The translations under genes were made by a program, and so were the position numbers. 64,000 bases of DNA from Allosphingosinicella sp. (GTDB taxonomy: Bacteria > Pseudomonadota > Alphaproteobacteria > Sphingomonadales > Sphingomonadaceae): the NCBI GenBank assembly GCA_036386475.1, contig DASVVQ010000046.1:8624-72623 (forward strand). Reading direction: 5' to 3'. The notes under the pieces are model-generated. The model worked only from the letters and a program-made list of their open reading frames with translations. It was not told the DNA's origin and did no database searches. Shown here one piece after another: positions 38,271 to 55,046 of this stretch. The first letter of the stretch is position 1; the number at the start of each line of letters is the position of its first letter.

Positions 38271-41200
38271 CGATCAAGGGCGCGGGCAGCGCCTCGATCC
38301 GTCCGACCTCGAGCAGCGCGCACAGCATGCCTGTCATGGCACCCATCGCAAAGGGAAATGCGGGGCAGGCGTGGGTCGGGTGCGGCGTCGCCCTGCGGTT
38401 GCCGCCGAAGACGGGGTAAATGGCGTGATCGTCCGAAGCTTGCGCTTCGGCGGTGGCCGAGGCGATGCCGAGGCAGACCTTGTCGCCTTCGCTTATTGCC
38501 ACTCCGCGGAGAGTGGTCGCCTTCTTCGCCGTCCGCCAGAGGGCGTCCGGCGCCGGGCGCTTGCGCATCGCATCGATGAGGGGCGTCCGCAGCACCCCCT
38601 GGACCGCCGCATGATCGCGCGATGCGGCGTCGACGGCCAACAGGTCGTGCTGGATCCGCCATAGCGTGCCGTGGCTGAGCCAGTCGTAGAGCGTTCCGCG
38701 CAGGCAGCCGTCGGCCGGCGGAAGGAACCCCATCATGACGCCGATCACGGTGCGCGCGATCATGTCCGCCGCGTTTTCGGTGCCGAGAAACTGCTGATAG
38801 ATCGCGTTGGCGATCGGCGCCTGCGGGGCACTGCCGGCGGCGATCCGCTTCTCGTAATGGCGCCGCGCCGCCTCGCGCAGCGCCGTGCCGTCGGCCTGGC
38901 CGCGGCGGGTGAACCCCGCAATCGGGTCGACGTAGAAGATGAAGCTCGAGGGCGCCATGAAGTCGCCGGGGCAGACCGGCCTGCGATCGCCTTGCGGCGT
39001 CCATTTCCACGAGCCGTCCAGGATGTCGTGCCCGGGCTGGGGCTCGACGAGCGGCGGCTGGTCCGGGAAGCCGAAGGTGCCGCGGCAGATGAGCGCGAGC
39101 ACACCGGCAATATAATCGTGGACGAGATCGATCTTGACCGGCCGGTCGGGCTGCGGGAAGTTTCTCGCATAGATGCGCTGGAAGTTTTCCAGATATCCAG
39201 CCCCTGCCTTGCGGGCGGAGGCAAACGCCGCTTCCTCGGTCACCATGGCGATCGCCCCGTTGGCGATGCGGGACTCGTTCCAATACTCATCGCCGGCGTC
39301 GCGCCCGAGATAGATCTCGCCGATCGAATCGCGCATCCGCGGCATGTAGCCATCGACCGAGAACCTCTCGTCGTCGCCCAGCACCTCGTCGATGAGATCG
39401 CGCGAGCCGACGAGGACGACCTCCTTGAGCCTGCCCTTCTCGTCCTTGGGCGGCCAGCCATAGGGGACCTTGATGGCACCGCCGCGCGCGCGGATGGCGG
39501 CCCACACGCGTGGCCCGACATTGCGATCGTCGGGATCGCGGGCAGCGACGTCCTCGAAGCAGGTTTTCCAGGCGAGCGCCTGCGCCTCGGGATCCTGGGC
39601 CTCGATCGCGGCGATGATCTTTTCTCCCTCTTCGGCGGCGGACCCGGCGGGCGCGGCGCGCGGCGCCAATATGGCCTTCAGCCCGGATGCGGAGGGCACG
39701 AAAAGGTACGCGCCCCACTGCAGCTTCACATAGGGGTTCGGCATGCGCAGGCGGATCGTGCGATTCTGGAGGCGGAACACGAACGTCCGCGGGTCCTGGT
39801 CGCGGGCCGGGCCCATCAGCGGGTCGCTCTGGCACGAGGCCACGCGCGTGCTGTTGCCGCCGCTGATCCAGCTCTGCACGACCTCGAACTGCTCGGCGAT
39901 GCTTGCGTTGTAGGCCATGAACATGACCCCGCGCTCGCCGTCGAGCGGCGCATCGCGCGGCGGTCCGTAGGACATGCCGCGGCGCATGATCCGGGGAACC
40001 GGCCTGTCGAAATTCTCCTTCTTGTCGGTGCGCGGATTGGCCCGGCGGATATGCGACTGGAAGGGGCATTGCTGGCCGCGCAGGTCGGATTTGTAGTCGA
40101 AGTCGTTGGAAAGGGTGCTCGTGCCCTGGAGCAGCGGGCTTCCGTCCGGTCGCCGGCCCATCATCTTGCCGAGCAGGTCGTCCCGGAGCTGCGGATAGAC
40201 CGGGAAACCGTTGCGCGTGAGCTCGGCGACGGTCCGATCCAGAAACGCCTCGAGCTCTCCCACCTCCTGCTTGAGCTTGCGGATGACGAGGAAGGTGCCG
40301 TTGTCCCAATGCGCGTTCGCCCGCTGGGGCGGATCGCCGCGGTCGTTGCCGTAACCGATCAGCAGCTCGCCGAGGGCGACGCGATCGCGCTCGGGAACGC
40401 TGGTATCGGAGATCGCCACGGGCTGGCTGAAGCCGTCCAGAAAGCCGAAATGATCCTTGGCCACGGTCCTGTTGCTGCCGTCGCCCAGCCATGCGCGCCG
40501 CATCGACTCGACCGCGAGCAGCTCCACGCCGCTCGCGTCCGGCCCGGCGGCGAGGGCGGCGACCTTGGCTGCGAGGGGATGGAGCGGATCGCCGACGACA
40601 TCATGCCCGGGATAGTCGCTGTTGGTGCGCAGCTGGAGGACGAAGTCGACCTCCTTGAGCTCGACCGGCGGCGCCGCGGCATCGGCCGACGGTGCGCTTC
40701 CGCCCACATCGGCGCGGCACCGGCGAGGGAGCGCCCAGCGCCGGGGATGACTGTCGCCGGTGTCGCCGATCATGCCGGCCCGCGCTTCCATGCCTTCGAG
40801 AAATTCCTGCGGAAGCTGCGCCAGGGTGTCTTCGGATACGCCGAGCGCCCCCAGGCCGGCGAGGGTGAAGGCGAGATTGACGCTCACTCCGCCGTCCGGG
40901 AACGGCGCCGCCTCCGTGCTCAGCTTGAGCGTGCCGAGCCAGGCGCGTGCCTTCTCGGCATCGGCGATCCGCATCAGCATCAGGCAGCCGTGCGTCATCG
41001 GCTTCCCGTCGAGCTCGTAGCCGCCCACGATCCCGGTCTGGACCTCGGCCGGGTCGAAGCGAAGCCGCCCCTCGTCGCGCGGACGCGGAGGGGGCGGCGC
41101 GAGCAGCTCCAGATATTCCGCATATTTGTGCCTGACCGGCGCGGGCAGCTCCTTGGGATCCCAGTCCTGGAGGAGCTTGGCTGCGGCGCGCTTCAGGAAG

Positions 41201-41934
41201 CGGCCTTCCTGCGGATCGTCGGGGGGATAGAAATCGGTCAGCCGCCCGAGCGCGACCAGCGCCTGCAGACCCATGTCCATCGTCTCGGCGACGTTGCGCT
41301 TCTGCGCCGCCTTGGCGCGCTCGACCGGATCGACGGCGCATTCCGACATTGCGATCACGTCGAGGTTCGGCATCAGCGCGTCGCGATGGAGGCGCTCCAT
41401 CTGCGAAAGATACTGGACGTCCGCGATCGTATGATTGGAGGCGGCGTAGAAGAAATCGGTGTCGATCTGCACGCTCCGGACCCAGTCCAGATAGGCCGGA
41501 AACGAGGAGTCGCCGGCGACGACATAGCGCTCGGTGTTGCAGAAAAAGAGGTCGAGAAGCGGCCCGAGAGGATCCCAGACAAGCCGCATATAAGGTTCGA
41601 ACGGTCGGTCGAAGGCGACGGACAGCATCAGCATCTTCGGCCTGGCCCCGCCGGCGGGAAGCGATTGCTCGCCCACGACAGCCGCGTCGGCGTCGAGGAT
41701 GACGATGCGGAAATCGAGCAGCGACTGGATGCGCTCCGCCGATTCGACGAAGGGCTGGAACTTGGAATATTCGCGCGCCGTGGCACGGACCTTGAACAGG
41801 GCGTTCATCACCAGTCGCACGCGCGTCTCGTAGGTGACGGCTTCGAGCGCCGGAACGAAGCCCTGCCGGATCGGCGCCCAGAGCGTCAGGTCGCTGACAT
41901 TTTCCAGATGCTTGCTGCTGACCCTCTTGCCCAT
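38242..41934 (-). CDS. Three-domain heme protein: N-terminal unknown domain, Dyp-type peroxidase and cytochrome P450-like domain
   Basis: Dyp motifs HFGFLDGFSQP, SHIRRANPR, IMRRGMSYG, QFEVVQSW. P450-like C-terminus with DAMRKRP (ExxR position) and FGG...HACP Cys-ligand loop. One uninterrupted 1230-aa ORF. Confidence 0.8.
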   Translation of the reverse strand: MGKRVSSKHLENVSDLTLWAPIRQGFVPALEAVTYETRVRLVMNALFKVRATAREYSKFQPFVESAERIQSLLDFRIVILDADAAVVGEQSLPAGGARPKMLMLSVAFDRPFEPYMRLVWDPLGPLLDLFFCNTERYVVAGDSSFPAYLDWVRSVQIDTDFFYAASNHTIADVQYLSQMERLHRDALMPNLDVIAMSECAVDPVERAKAAQKRNVAETMDMGLQALVALGRLTDFYPPDDPQEGRFLKRAAAKLLQDWDPKELPAPVRHKYAEYLELLAPPPPRPRDEGRLRFDPAEVQTGIVGGYELDGKPMTHGCLMLMRIADAEKARAWLGTLKLSTEAAPFPDGGVSVNLAFTLAGLGALGVSEDTLAQLPQEFLEGMEARAGMIGDTGDSHPRRWALPRRCRADVGGSAPSADAAAPPVELKEVDFVLQLRTNSDYPGHDVVGDPLHPLAAKVAALAAGPDASGVELLAVESMRRAWLGDGSNRTVAKDHFGFLDGFSQPVAISDTSVPERDRVALGELLIGYGNDRGDPPQRANAHWDNGTFLVIRKLKQEVGELEAFLDRTVAELTRNGFPVYPQLRDDLLGKMMGRRPDGSPLLQGTSTLSNDFDYKSDLRGQQCPFQSHIRRANPRTDKKENFDRPVPRIMRRGMSYGPPRDAPLDGERGVMFMAYNASIAEQFEVVQSWISGGNSTRVASCQSDPLMGPARDQDPRTFVFRLQNRTIRLRMPNPYVKLQWGAYLFVPSASGLKAILAPRAAPAGSAAEEGEKIIAAIEAQDPEAQALAWKTCFEDVAARDPDDRNVGPRVWAAIRARGGAIKVPYGWPPKDEKGRLKEVVLVGSRDLIDEVLGDDERFSVDGYMPRMRDSIGEIYLGRDAGDEYWNESRIANGAIAMVTEEAAFASARKAGAGYLENFQRIYARNFPQPDRPVKIDLVHDYIAGVLALICRGTFGFPDQPPLVEPQPGHDILDGSWKWTPQGDRRPVCPGDFMAPSSFIFYVDPIAGFTRRGQADGTALREAARRHYEKRIAAGSAPQAPIANAIYQQFLGTENAADMIARTVIGVMMGFLPPADGCLRGTLYDWLSHGTLWRIQHDLLAVDAASRDHAAVQGVLRTPLIDAMRKRPAPDALWRTAKKATTLRGVAISEGDKVCLGIASATAEAQASDDHAIYPVFGGNRRATPHPTHACPAFPFAMGAMTGMLCALLEVGRIEALPAPLIVTIPRLPGT

Positions 41935-42047
41935 GCGCGGCTCTCCTGTTTCGCTCGTTCTGGCCCCGCGGCCGGCGGTGGGTCTGTGTCATTTCGCACA
42001 GGGCGTGGCGCGACTTCGGATACCCGAGGCAAAGCCTCGCAAGAGCC

Positions 42048-42479
42048 TCAGTTCTTGCCGCCCCCGCGGCGGCTCATCGCGTCGGCGACCGGATCGGCGA
42101 CCGTCTCGCCCGGCCATTCGCGGCTGCAGGCAGCGGTGATCGAGGCATGGAAGACGCTGCCCGGCGGCGCCGTCAGCGGCTCGCCGGACGGTCGCCAGGT
42201 GTCGCTCCTCCCGTCGGTCAGGAAGGCCGTCATCTCGAGCGTGCTGAGCTCGAAGCTGCGGCAGTCGGCGCGCTGGCGGGCGAGCGAGCGCGTCATGCCG
42301 CGCGGCGCATCGAGGAAGATCATCGTTTCCAGATATTCGACCCGGTCGCCGCTGCGGTTCACCGATTCGGCATCGACATAGGTCGATCCGCGCAGCGTGA
42401 CACCGGTCAGACGCCAGTCCGCGGCTTGGGCCGGGGCCGCGGCCAGCAGCACCGGCAGGCATAGGGCAAGACGCTTCAT
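42048..42479 (-). CDS. Secreted protein, surface-adhesin E-like
   Basis: Signal peptide; YVDAESVNRSGDRV...ADC...LxC pattern. Confidence 0.6.
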   Translation of the reverse strand: MKRLALCLPVLLAAAPAQAADWRLTGVTLRGSTYVDAESVNRSGDRVEYLETMIFLDAPRGMTRSLARQRADCRSFELSTLEMTAFLTDGRSDTWRPSGEPLTAPPGSVFHASITAACSREWPGETVADPVADAMSRRGGGKN

Positions 42480-42717
42480 CCTTCATTCCTCCCCGGGCGC
42501 GCGAGTCGTCCGCGCTCCTCTCCCCGGAGACTAGCATTCGATGCGGCGGTGGAAACGGGAATGTGGCAACGGCAAGCCCGTCTTAAGGAACGGCGTGCAA
42601 CCGCTTTTTTTACAAGCAAAGCGGAATCGGTGCCGCTATGCTGCTCGCGAATGCCGGCCGGGGGGCCGGCGCAACCTTGTGGAGGGGGGAGAGACGCCGA
42701 CGAAGGAGTAAACGTCA

Positions 42718-48098
<5,381 letters not shown>

Positions 48099-48102
<4 letters not shown>

Positions 48103-50192
48103 CGGCAAGCGACTCCGAGCCGGCCGCGGACGTCGACGCGCCCGCCGTGGGCGCCGACGCGCTCGATCGGCCGCGAGTCCTGGTCGTCGACGACGACGAG
48201 CACAATCTGCTCGCCATCCGGACCGTGCTTGAGGACGTCGGCGACATCGTCATCGCGCGCTCGGGCGAGGAGGCGCTGCGCCACCTCCTCAAGGGCGAGT
48301 TCGCGGTCATCCTGCTCGACGTCTACATGCCGGGCATCGACGGCTACGAGACCGCGCAGATGATCCGCAGCCGCGAGCAGACCAAGCGCATCCCGATCGT
48401 CTTCCTCTCGGCCGTGAACAAGGAAACCGAGCATCTGATGCGCGGCTATTCGATGGGCGCGGTCGACTATGTGTTCAAGCCGGTCGAGCCGATCGTGCTG
48501 CGCTCCAAGGTCGCCGTCTTCGTCGATCTGTTCGCGATGACCAAGGAGATCCAGCGCAAGGCGGCGGCCGAGCAGGCTTTGCTCGACGCCAATTTGCGCG
48601 CCAATGCCGAGCGCCTGCGGATCGAGCAGGAGCTGCGCCTCGCCGAGCAGCGCCAGGCGGCGATCATCCAGTCCCTCCCGATCATCCTCTATCTCGAGGC
48701 GCTCGACGCCGCCCCGCGCGTGCCCAAGTTCGTCAGCGGCAATTTCTCGGCCCTGACCGGCTACGAGTTCGAGGAGATTCAGGCCTCGCCCAGCCTCTGG
48801 ATCGACCGGCTTCATCCCGAAGACCGCGACCGCGTCCTGACGGCGCTGGCGGGGCGCCCGCACGGCCGCTCGCTCTCAGTCGAATATCGCTGGCAATGCG
48901 CCGACGGCCAGTACCGCCACTTCCTCGACCAGGCGGTGCTGCTCAAGGATCCCGACGGCGTGCCGATCGAATATGCCGGTACGCTCCTCGACGTCACCCA
49001 TCGCCGTGAGCTGGAGAGCCAGCTCGTCCAGGCGCGCAAGATGGACGCGATCGGCAAATTGACCGGCGGCATCGCCCACGACTTCAACAATCTCCTTGCC
49101 GCCGTCCTCGGCGGACTCGGCCTGATCGAGCGCCGGCTGCCGCTCGAGGAGGAGCATTTGAAGGTCCTCAACATGACGCGGCGCGCGGCCGAGCAGGGCT
49201 CCGAGCTCGTCGGCCGCCTCCTCGCCTTCGCGCGTCGCCAGCAGCTCGAGCCGGCCTGCATCGAGATCGACGCGCTCGCGACCGCCGTCACCGACCTCCT
49301 CGCCCATACGCTGGGCGGGCTCGTCGAGCTCGAATGGAAGATGGACGAGGAGCTGGGCTGCGCCTTTGCCGACCAGTCGCAGCTCGAGCTCGCGCTCATG
49401 AACCTCATCATCAACGCCCGCGACGCCATGCCGGAGGGCGGCACGATCACCGTGCGGGCAGAGAACCGGACGGCGTCCGCCGATCCCGAGAGCGGGCTCG
49501 CCGCGGGCGACTATGTGGTCATCGCGGTCTCCGACGCCGGCTGCGGGATTTCGCCGGAGATCATGGAACAGGTGATGGAGCCCTTCTTCACCACCAAGGA
49601 GGTCGGCAAGGGCACCGGCCTGGGCCTGTCGATGGTCTACGGCTTCGCCAAGCAATCGGGCGGCGCGTTCCGGATCGAAAGCGAGGTGGGCATCGGGACA
49701 CGCGCCGAAATCTGGCTGCCGCGCGGTCTGGAGGAGGAGTCGGCGTCCCCCGCCGAGCCTGCCGGGAAAGAAGTCCACCGGGCACCAATAGAGGGTCTGA
49801 CGATTCTCGTCGTCGACGACCATGAAGGCGTGCGCACGACGACCGCGGCGCTGCTCTCCGATCTCGGCCACGACGTGATCGAGGCAGGGGACGGCCCGGA
49901 AGTCCTCGCCTTGCTGGCGAGCGATCCCGGCTGCTGCGACCTCCTCATCACCGATTATGCGATGCCGCACGTATCGGGCGCCGAGGTGATCCGGCAGGCG
50001 CGCGAGGTGCGTCCGGGGCTGCCGGCGATCATCATCACCGGCTATGCCGATGCCCAATCGATCGCGCGGCGCCCTGACGACGTCGTCGTCCTCGCCAAGC
50101 CGTTCACGCCCGCCCAGCTGCTGTCCGCGATCGAAGCGGTGCGTTCGGCACTGACCGCACCGGGGCAGGAGCTCCTCAAGGCCGCCTCCTGA
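48099..50192 (+). CDS. REC-PAS-HisKA-HATPase-REC hybrid kinase with OsaB-like N-terminus
   Basis: GTG overlaps the upstream [15 protein letters not shown]...[29 protein letters not shown] (IHPEDR-like, EYRW), [23 protein letters not shown]-terminal REC. Confidence 0.93.
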
Positions 50193-50269
50193 CGCCGGAC
50201 ATCCCGGATGGAGGAAAGCGCGCGAACGACGCTTTTGCAATTTTCGAAGCGATGATAGCATCCGTGCCC

Positions 50270-50632
50270 ATGAAGCTTCCGCTCGCTTTTGCCGCCGCCG
50301 CGGTGCTCGCGGCTTTCGCGGCTCCGCCCGCGGCCGGCGCGCCGACCAGCCGGGCCGCGCGCTGCGTCGTCGCCAGCAACGGAAATCCCACCTATCGCGG
50401 CCCCTGCCGCTTCACGCCCGAGCGCGGCGGCACCTTCCACGTCGCGCCGCCGCGCGGGCGCGAATTTCCCGGCGGGCAGACCGGGATCAGCGTCGAGATC
50501 GTCGAGCCGGGCGTCGCCGAGGTCTACGGCCTGACGCCGCGCGGCCCCGCCTCGCGCTGGGGCACCGCAGTGCGCTCCCGCCGCGACCGCGCGTGCTGGG
50601 AAGGCCCCGATTTCTCGGTCTGCGCCTACTGA
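50270..50632 (+). CDS. Small secreted Cys-containing hypothetical protein
   Basis: Signal peptide; ARCVV...YRGPCRF...SRWG...DRACW...SVCAY. Confidence 0.7.
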   Translation: MKLPLAFAAAAVLAAFAAPPAAGAPTSRAARCVVASNGNPTYRGPCRFTPERGGTFHVAPPRGREFPGGQTGISVEIVEPGVAEVYGLTPRGPASRWGTAVRSRRDRACWEGPDFSVCAY

Positions 50633-50639
50633 CGCGGGC

Positions 50640-52040
<1,401 letters not shown>

Positions 52041-52059
52041 CACTTGAAGTTCCCTAGCC

Positions 52060-52152
52060 GTCATGCCGGACTTGATCCGGCATCTATGAACAGAAGCACT
52101 CGAGACCCTTCGCAATCCGTGTTCATGGATCCCGGATCAAGTCCGGGATGAC
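52060..52152. repeat. REP-like palindromic element (GTCATGCCGGACTTGATCCGG...CCGGATCAAGTCCGGGATGAC)
   Basis: Near-perfect inverted arms around a 40-50 bp spacer, intergenic between sspB and fumC. Confidence 0.8.
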
Positions 52153-52172
52153 GGTCCGCCTTCGGCGGCCCG

Positions 52173-52655
52173 TCACTTCTTCCGCTTGAAGTCCACGGCG
52201 ACGACGTTCGAGCCGTCCTCGATCGGCTCGATCGCGCGCGGCGGATCGTTCTCGGCCTCGTCATGGTCCTGCGGGCCGAGCTCGTCGACCTGCGCCTGGA
52301 ACTGGAGCTGGAAATTGACCGCGGGGTCGACGAAGCCGGTGATCGCGGCGAACGGGACGACGAGCTTGGCGGGCGCCTGGTTGAACGAGAGCCCGACTTC
52401 GAAGCCATCCTCGCGCACCTTCAGATCCCAGAAGCGGTTCTGGATGACGATCGTCATCTCGTCCGGGAAGCGCTCGGTGAGGTGTCGGGGAATGTCGACC
52501 CCGGGCGCGGCGGTCTTGAAGGTGATGTAGAAATGGTGGTCGCCGGGCAGGCCGGTCGCTTCGACCTCGCCGAGCACGCGGCCGACGACGGCCCGCAGCG
52601 CCTCCTGGACGATCTCGTCGTACGGAATCAGGCTGTCCGGCGCGTCCTCGCTCAT
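52173..52655 (-). CDS. sspB: ClpXP adaptor SspB (alphaproteobacterial type)
   Basis: YDEIVQEALRAVV...LPGDHHFYITFKT...FPDEMTIVIQNRFWDL...FVDPAVNFQLQF...VVAVDFKRKK. Confidence 0.9.
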   Translation of the reverse strand: MSEDAPDSLIPYDEIVQEALRAVVGRVLGEVEATGLPGDHHFYITFKTAAPGVDIPRHLTERFPDEMTIVIQNRFWDLKVREDGFEVGLSFNQAPAKLVVPFAAITGFVDPAVNFQLQFQAQVDELGPQDHDEAENDPPRAIEPIEDGSNVVAVDFKRKK

Positions 52656-52743
52656 CGCCCCCTGTGGTAACGCGGCCCCGTCCGGGGTCAAGCGCGTTGC
52701 AGCCCGCGCGCCGCCGCGTCTAATGAGTGCGAGGAGCAGCCCA

Positions 52744-53133
52744 ATGCCGATCGATGCCACTTCGCCCTACGACGACGAAAACATCTTCGCGCGGATCCTG
52801 CGCGGCGAGATTCCGTGCCGGAAGGTCCACGAGGACGAGCATGCCCTCGCCTTCCACGACATCAATCCCGCCGCTCCCGTCCATATCCTCGTCATCCCGA
52901 AGGGCGCCTACGTCTCGTGGGACGACTTTTCCGCACGCGCAACGGACGAGGAGATCGCCGGCTTCGTCCGCGCCGTCGGCCATGTCGCGCGCGAGCACGG
53001 CCTGACCGCGCCGGGCTACCGCCTGCTCGCCAATGTCGGCGGCCATGGCGGCCAGGAAGTGCCGCACCTCCACGTCCATTTGTTCGGCGGCGGACCGCTC
53101 GGGCCGATGCTCGCGCGCCGCCCGCCCGGCTGA
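52744..53133 (+). CDS. HIT (histidine triad) nucleotide-binding protein
   Basis: NIFARILRGEIP, AFHDINPAAPVHILVIPK, QEVPHLHVHLFGG. Confidence 0.95.
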   Translation: MPIDATSPYDDENIFARILRGEIPCRKVHEDEHALAFHDINPAAPVHILVIPKGAYVSWDDFSARATDEEIAGFVRAVGHVAREHGLTAPGYRLLANVGGHGGQEVPHLHVHLFGGGPLGPMLARRPPG

Positions 53134-53231
53134 TGTGGTTTAGGCTTTGCGGCCGCGCCTTTACTGGCTAGGTTCGCGCCGCAATCAGGAGAGGGGCGCC
53201 GCCAGCGCCCCCCGTGCATAAGGGGACGGAG

Positions 53232-54818
53232 ATGATTTTCGGGCGCGTAAAGCCTCTCGACGCCATTCTCGCGACTGCCGAGAAGAAATCGCTGCATCGC
53301 TCGCTCGGGCCGATCCAGCTGACCCTGTTCGGGATCGGCTGCATCATCGGCACCGGCATCTTCGTGCTGACCGCCGCCGGCGCCCAGAAGGCCGGCCCCG
53401 GCCTGATGCTCGCCTTCGTCATCGCCGGTGCGGTCTGCGTCGTCGCCGCCCTCTGCTATTCCGAGATCGCGACGATGATCCCGGTGGCCGGCTCCGCCTA
53501 TACCTATACCTATTCGGTAATGGGCGAGTTCCTCGCCTGGACCGTCGGATGGGCCCTCGTCCTCGAATATGCGATCGCGGCCAGCGCGGTGTCCGTCGGG
53601 TGGTCGGGCTATTTCACGGGCACGATCCTGCAGGAAACGTTCGGGGTGGCATTGCCGGCCTGGCTCAGCGCCGGGCCGCTGGCGCTCGGCGGCGCGCCGG
53701 GCGGGCTGATCAACCTGCCCGCCTTGGTGATCGCCCTCCTCATCACTTGGCTGCTGATGATCGGCACCAGCGAATCCGCCCGCGTCAACGCGGTGCTGGT
53801 GATGATCAAGGTCACGGCGCTGACCGTCTTCATCATCCTGGCGCTGCCCCAGGTGGACACCGCCAATTTCAGCCCGTTCCTGCCGGCGGGCTCGTTCGGC
53901 GGCTTCGGATCCGGCGTCGGCGCGGTCGGCGCGGCGGCGACGATCTTCTTCGCCTATGTCGGCTTCGACGCGGTTTCGACCGCGGCCGAGGAGACCAAGA
54001 ACCCGCAGCGCAACGTGCCGATCGGTCTGATCGGCAGCCTCGGCATCTGCACCATCTTCTACATGCTCGTTGCCGCCGGCGCAGTCGGCACGATCGGCGG
54101 CCAGCCGATCATGGGGCCGGACGGCATTCCCTTCCCGGCCGGTTCCGAGGAGCTCGCCCGCCAGTGCGCGCTGCCGCAATATGCCGAAGCCCTGGTCTGC
54201 TCAAACGAAGCGCTCGCGCACGTCATGCGGACGATCGGCTACGGCGTGATCGGCGACGCCATCGGCTATGCTGCGATCCTGGCGCTGCCGTCGGTCATCC
54301 TCATCCTGCTGTTCGGCCAGACCCGCATCTTCTTCGTCATGTCGCGTGACGGCCTGCTGCCGGACCGGCTGTCGACCGTGCACCCGAAATGGAAGACGCC
54401 GCACATCGTGACCGCGATCACCGGCGTGGTCGTCGCCATCGCCGCGGCCTTCCTCCCGGTCGGGCAGCTCGCCGACATCGCCAATGCGGGAACGCTCTAC
54501 GCCTTCTTCATGGTGGCGATCGCGGTGATGATCCTGCGCAAGCGCGACCCGGACCGGCCGCGCAAGTTCCGGGTGCCGGCCTTGTGGCTAGTCGGGCCGC
54601 TGACGATCCTCGGCTGCCTGTTCCTGTTCCTCAACCTGCCGACGGCGGCGATGCTGATGCTGCCGATCTGGACCGCGGTCGGCTTCCTCGTCTATTTCGG
54701 CTACAGCCGGGGCAACAGCCATCTCGGGCGCGGCCTGGTCGAGGTGCACGAGACCGAGATCAGCGATCTCGAGCCGCCGATCCCCGGCATCGACGAAACC
54801 GAGCCGGAGCGCCGCTGA
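53232..54818 (+). CDS. Amino acid permease (APC family)
   Basis: GIGCIIGTGIFVL, GSAYTY, FAYVGFDAVSTAAEETKNPQRNVPIG, MSRDGLLP and many TM helices. Confidence 0.95.
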   Translation: MIFGRVKPLDAILATAEKKSLHRSLGPIQLTLFGIGCIIGTGIFVLTAAGAQKAGPGLMLAFVIAGAVCVVAALCYSEIATMIPVAGSAYTYTYSVMGEFLAWTVGWALVLEYAIAASAVSVGWSGYFTGTILQETFGVALPAWLSAGPLALGGAPGGLINLPALVIALLITWLLMIGTSESARVNAVLVMIKVTALTVFIILALPQVDTANFSPFLPAGSFGGFGSGVGAVGAAATIFFAYVGFDAVSTAAEETKNPQRNVPIGLIGSLGICTIFYMLVAAGAVGTIGGQPIMGPDGIPFPAGSEELARQCALPQYAEALVCSNEALAHVMRTIGYGVIGDAIGYAAILALPSVILILLFGQTRIFFVMSRDGLLPDRLSTVHPKWKTPHIVTAITGVVVAIAAAFLPVGQLADIANAGTLYAFFMVAIAVMILRKRDPDRPRKFRVPALWLVGPLTILGCLFLFLNLPTAAMLMLPIWTAVGFLVYFGYSRGNSHLGRGLVEVHETEISDLEPPIPGIDETEPERR

Positions 54819-54861
54819 GGCGTCTCCCGGCGCCGCCGTCTGCAGACGCAAATGGCGCGCA

Positions 54862-54905
54862 AAAACGAACGGGCGGAGCTTTTTTGCTCCGCCCGTTTGC
54901 GTTTG
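54862..54905. terminator. Intrinsic terminator-like hairpin after the permease
   Basis: aaacgaacgggcggagc-tttt-gctccgcccgttt. Confidence 0.6.
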
Positions 54906-55046
54906 ACTCGCACATCGCTGCAAATCGTGCAAAACAAGCCGAAGTAATGCCAGGTCGTGAGTCGAGTCCCGGGCACCTGTGCCTTAGGGAGGCCACTGCC
55001 TTTACCCGAAGGATTACATCACCACGCAACAAAGGGGGGAATTATC

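Noticed and set aside
54940-55046. Known riboswitch (e.g. c-di-GMP-I, SAM, cobalamin) in the beta-helix leader
   Set aside because: Stems are possible but I could not find the diagnostic conserved motifs of those classes. Kept only as an unclassified leader.
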